DNA from: Ramazzottius varieornatus
Lineage: Eukaryota; Animalia; Tardigrada
DNA length: 64,000 nt
NCBI GenBank assembly: GCA_001949185.1
Contig: BDGG01000003.1
Location: forward strand, 562,679-626,678
Reading direction: 5' to 3'
The notes beneath the pieces are model-generated. The model searched no databases. It saw nothing but the letters and a program-made list of their open reading frames with translations, and had not been told where the DNA came from. Below, piece by piece: positions 63,501 through 64,000 of the stretch (the stretch's first letter is position 1; each line of letters begins with the position of its first letter). A program made the position numbers and the translations under genes.

Positions 63501-64000
63501 CCTGGAGGGGTACATTTTGTATACGGTACTTTAGTTTTTGGATCGCTTTTGGGTCAATTATGTGTTCTGCAGATGATGAACAGCGAGCTTGCAACACATT
63601 CTGTCAGTACTATACCGATGTACCGATACGGTTGTTCTTTTAATAGAAATTTCATGTCATCTTGAAAAGAAATGCTGTGGTACTGCTTACACAATTACAT
63701 TTGGTAGTCGATTAAAAACTGTGTGCCTTCGTAGGTCGAGTATGCAACAATGGTGGAACCCTAGATATCGTCATCGATGAAGAGATTGACGTGGTCTCTT
63801 TTATTCGCTAAGTCTCAGCAACCAATGAACGCAACTGTCATTGCTCAACGCACAGCAAACATCGAAAAGTAATCTAGATGCCCGTAGTTGACTGACAGGG
63901 AAATTACAGGGGCTAAAGGCGGAAGACATCTGTTACTGCTTATTATTTTTCTCAGCGTACCTGGAACTAAGTCTGTCGAAGCGAAAGTAGTCGAAAGAAG

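Noticed and set aside
60900-64000. Short ORFs upstream of the CRISP gene
   Set aside because: No coding signatures; likely intron or intergenic sequence

Overview
Compact, gene-dense eukaryotic (metazoan) DNA with many short GT-AG introns. The gene style and the divergent class-A GPCR family suggest an ecdysozoan such as a tardigrade (inference). Two housekeeping clusters flank a transposon-rich zone. Left (1-7.6 kb): sideroflexin (SFXN5-like), TMEM256, a highly divergent second TMEM256-like gene tail-to-tail with it, and a small secreted Cys-rich prepropeptide. Middle (~8.5-32.2 kb): a decayed class-A GPCR, a decayed NIDO-domain adhesion GPCR, a degenerate CRE-clade non-LTR retrotransposon and many MITEs, several with exact TSDs. 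Right (32.5-60.6 kb): RPRD1, DNAJC3 with a perfect ERSE, an ORF that appears to splice into the glutathione synthetase 5' leader, GSS, a His-rich four-TM protein, V-ATPase subunit a with an intronic tRNA-Arg(ACG), ERCC1, NEDD1, an orphan secreted protein, SNAP-25 and a full CRISP with a long pro-region. Best leads: the possible dicistronic ORF-GSS transcript, the cryptic TMEM256 paralog, a recurrent intronic AAGTGGCGCA hairpin family, and the NIDO-aGPCR architecture. Exon boundaries were read by eye and no database searches were run.
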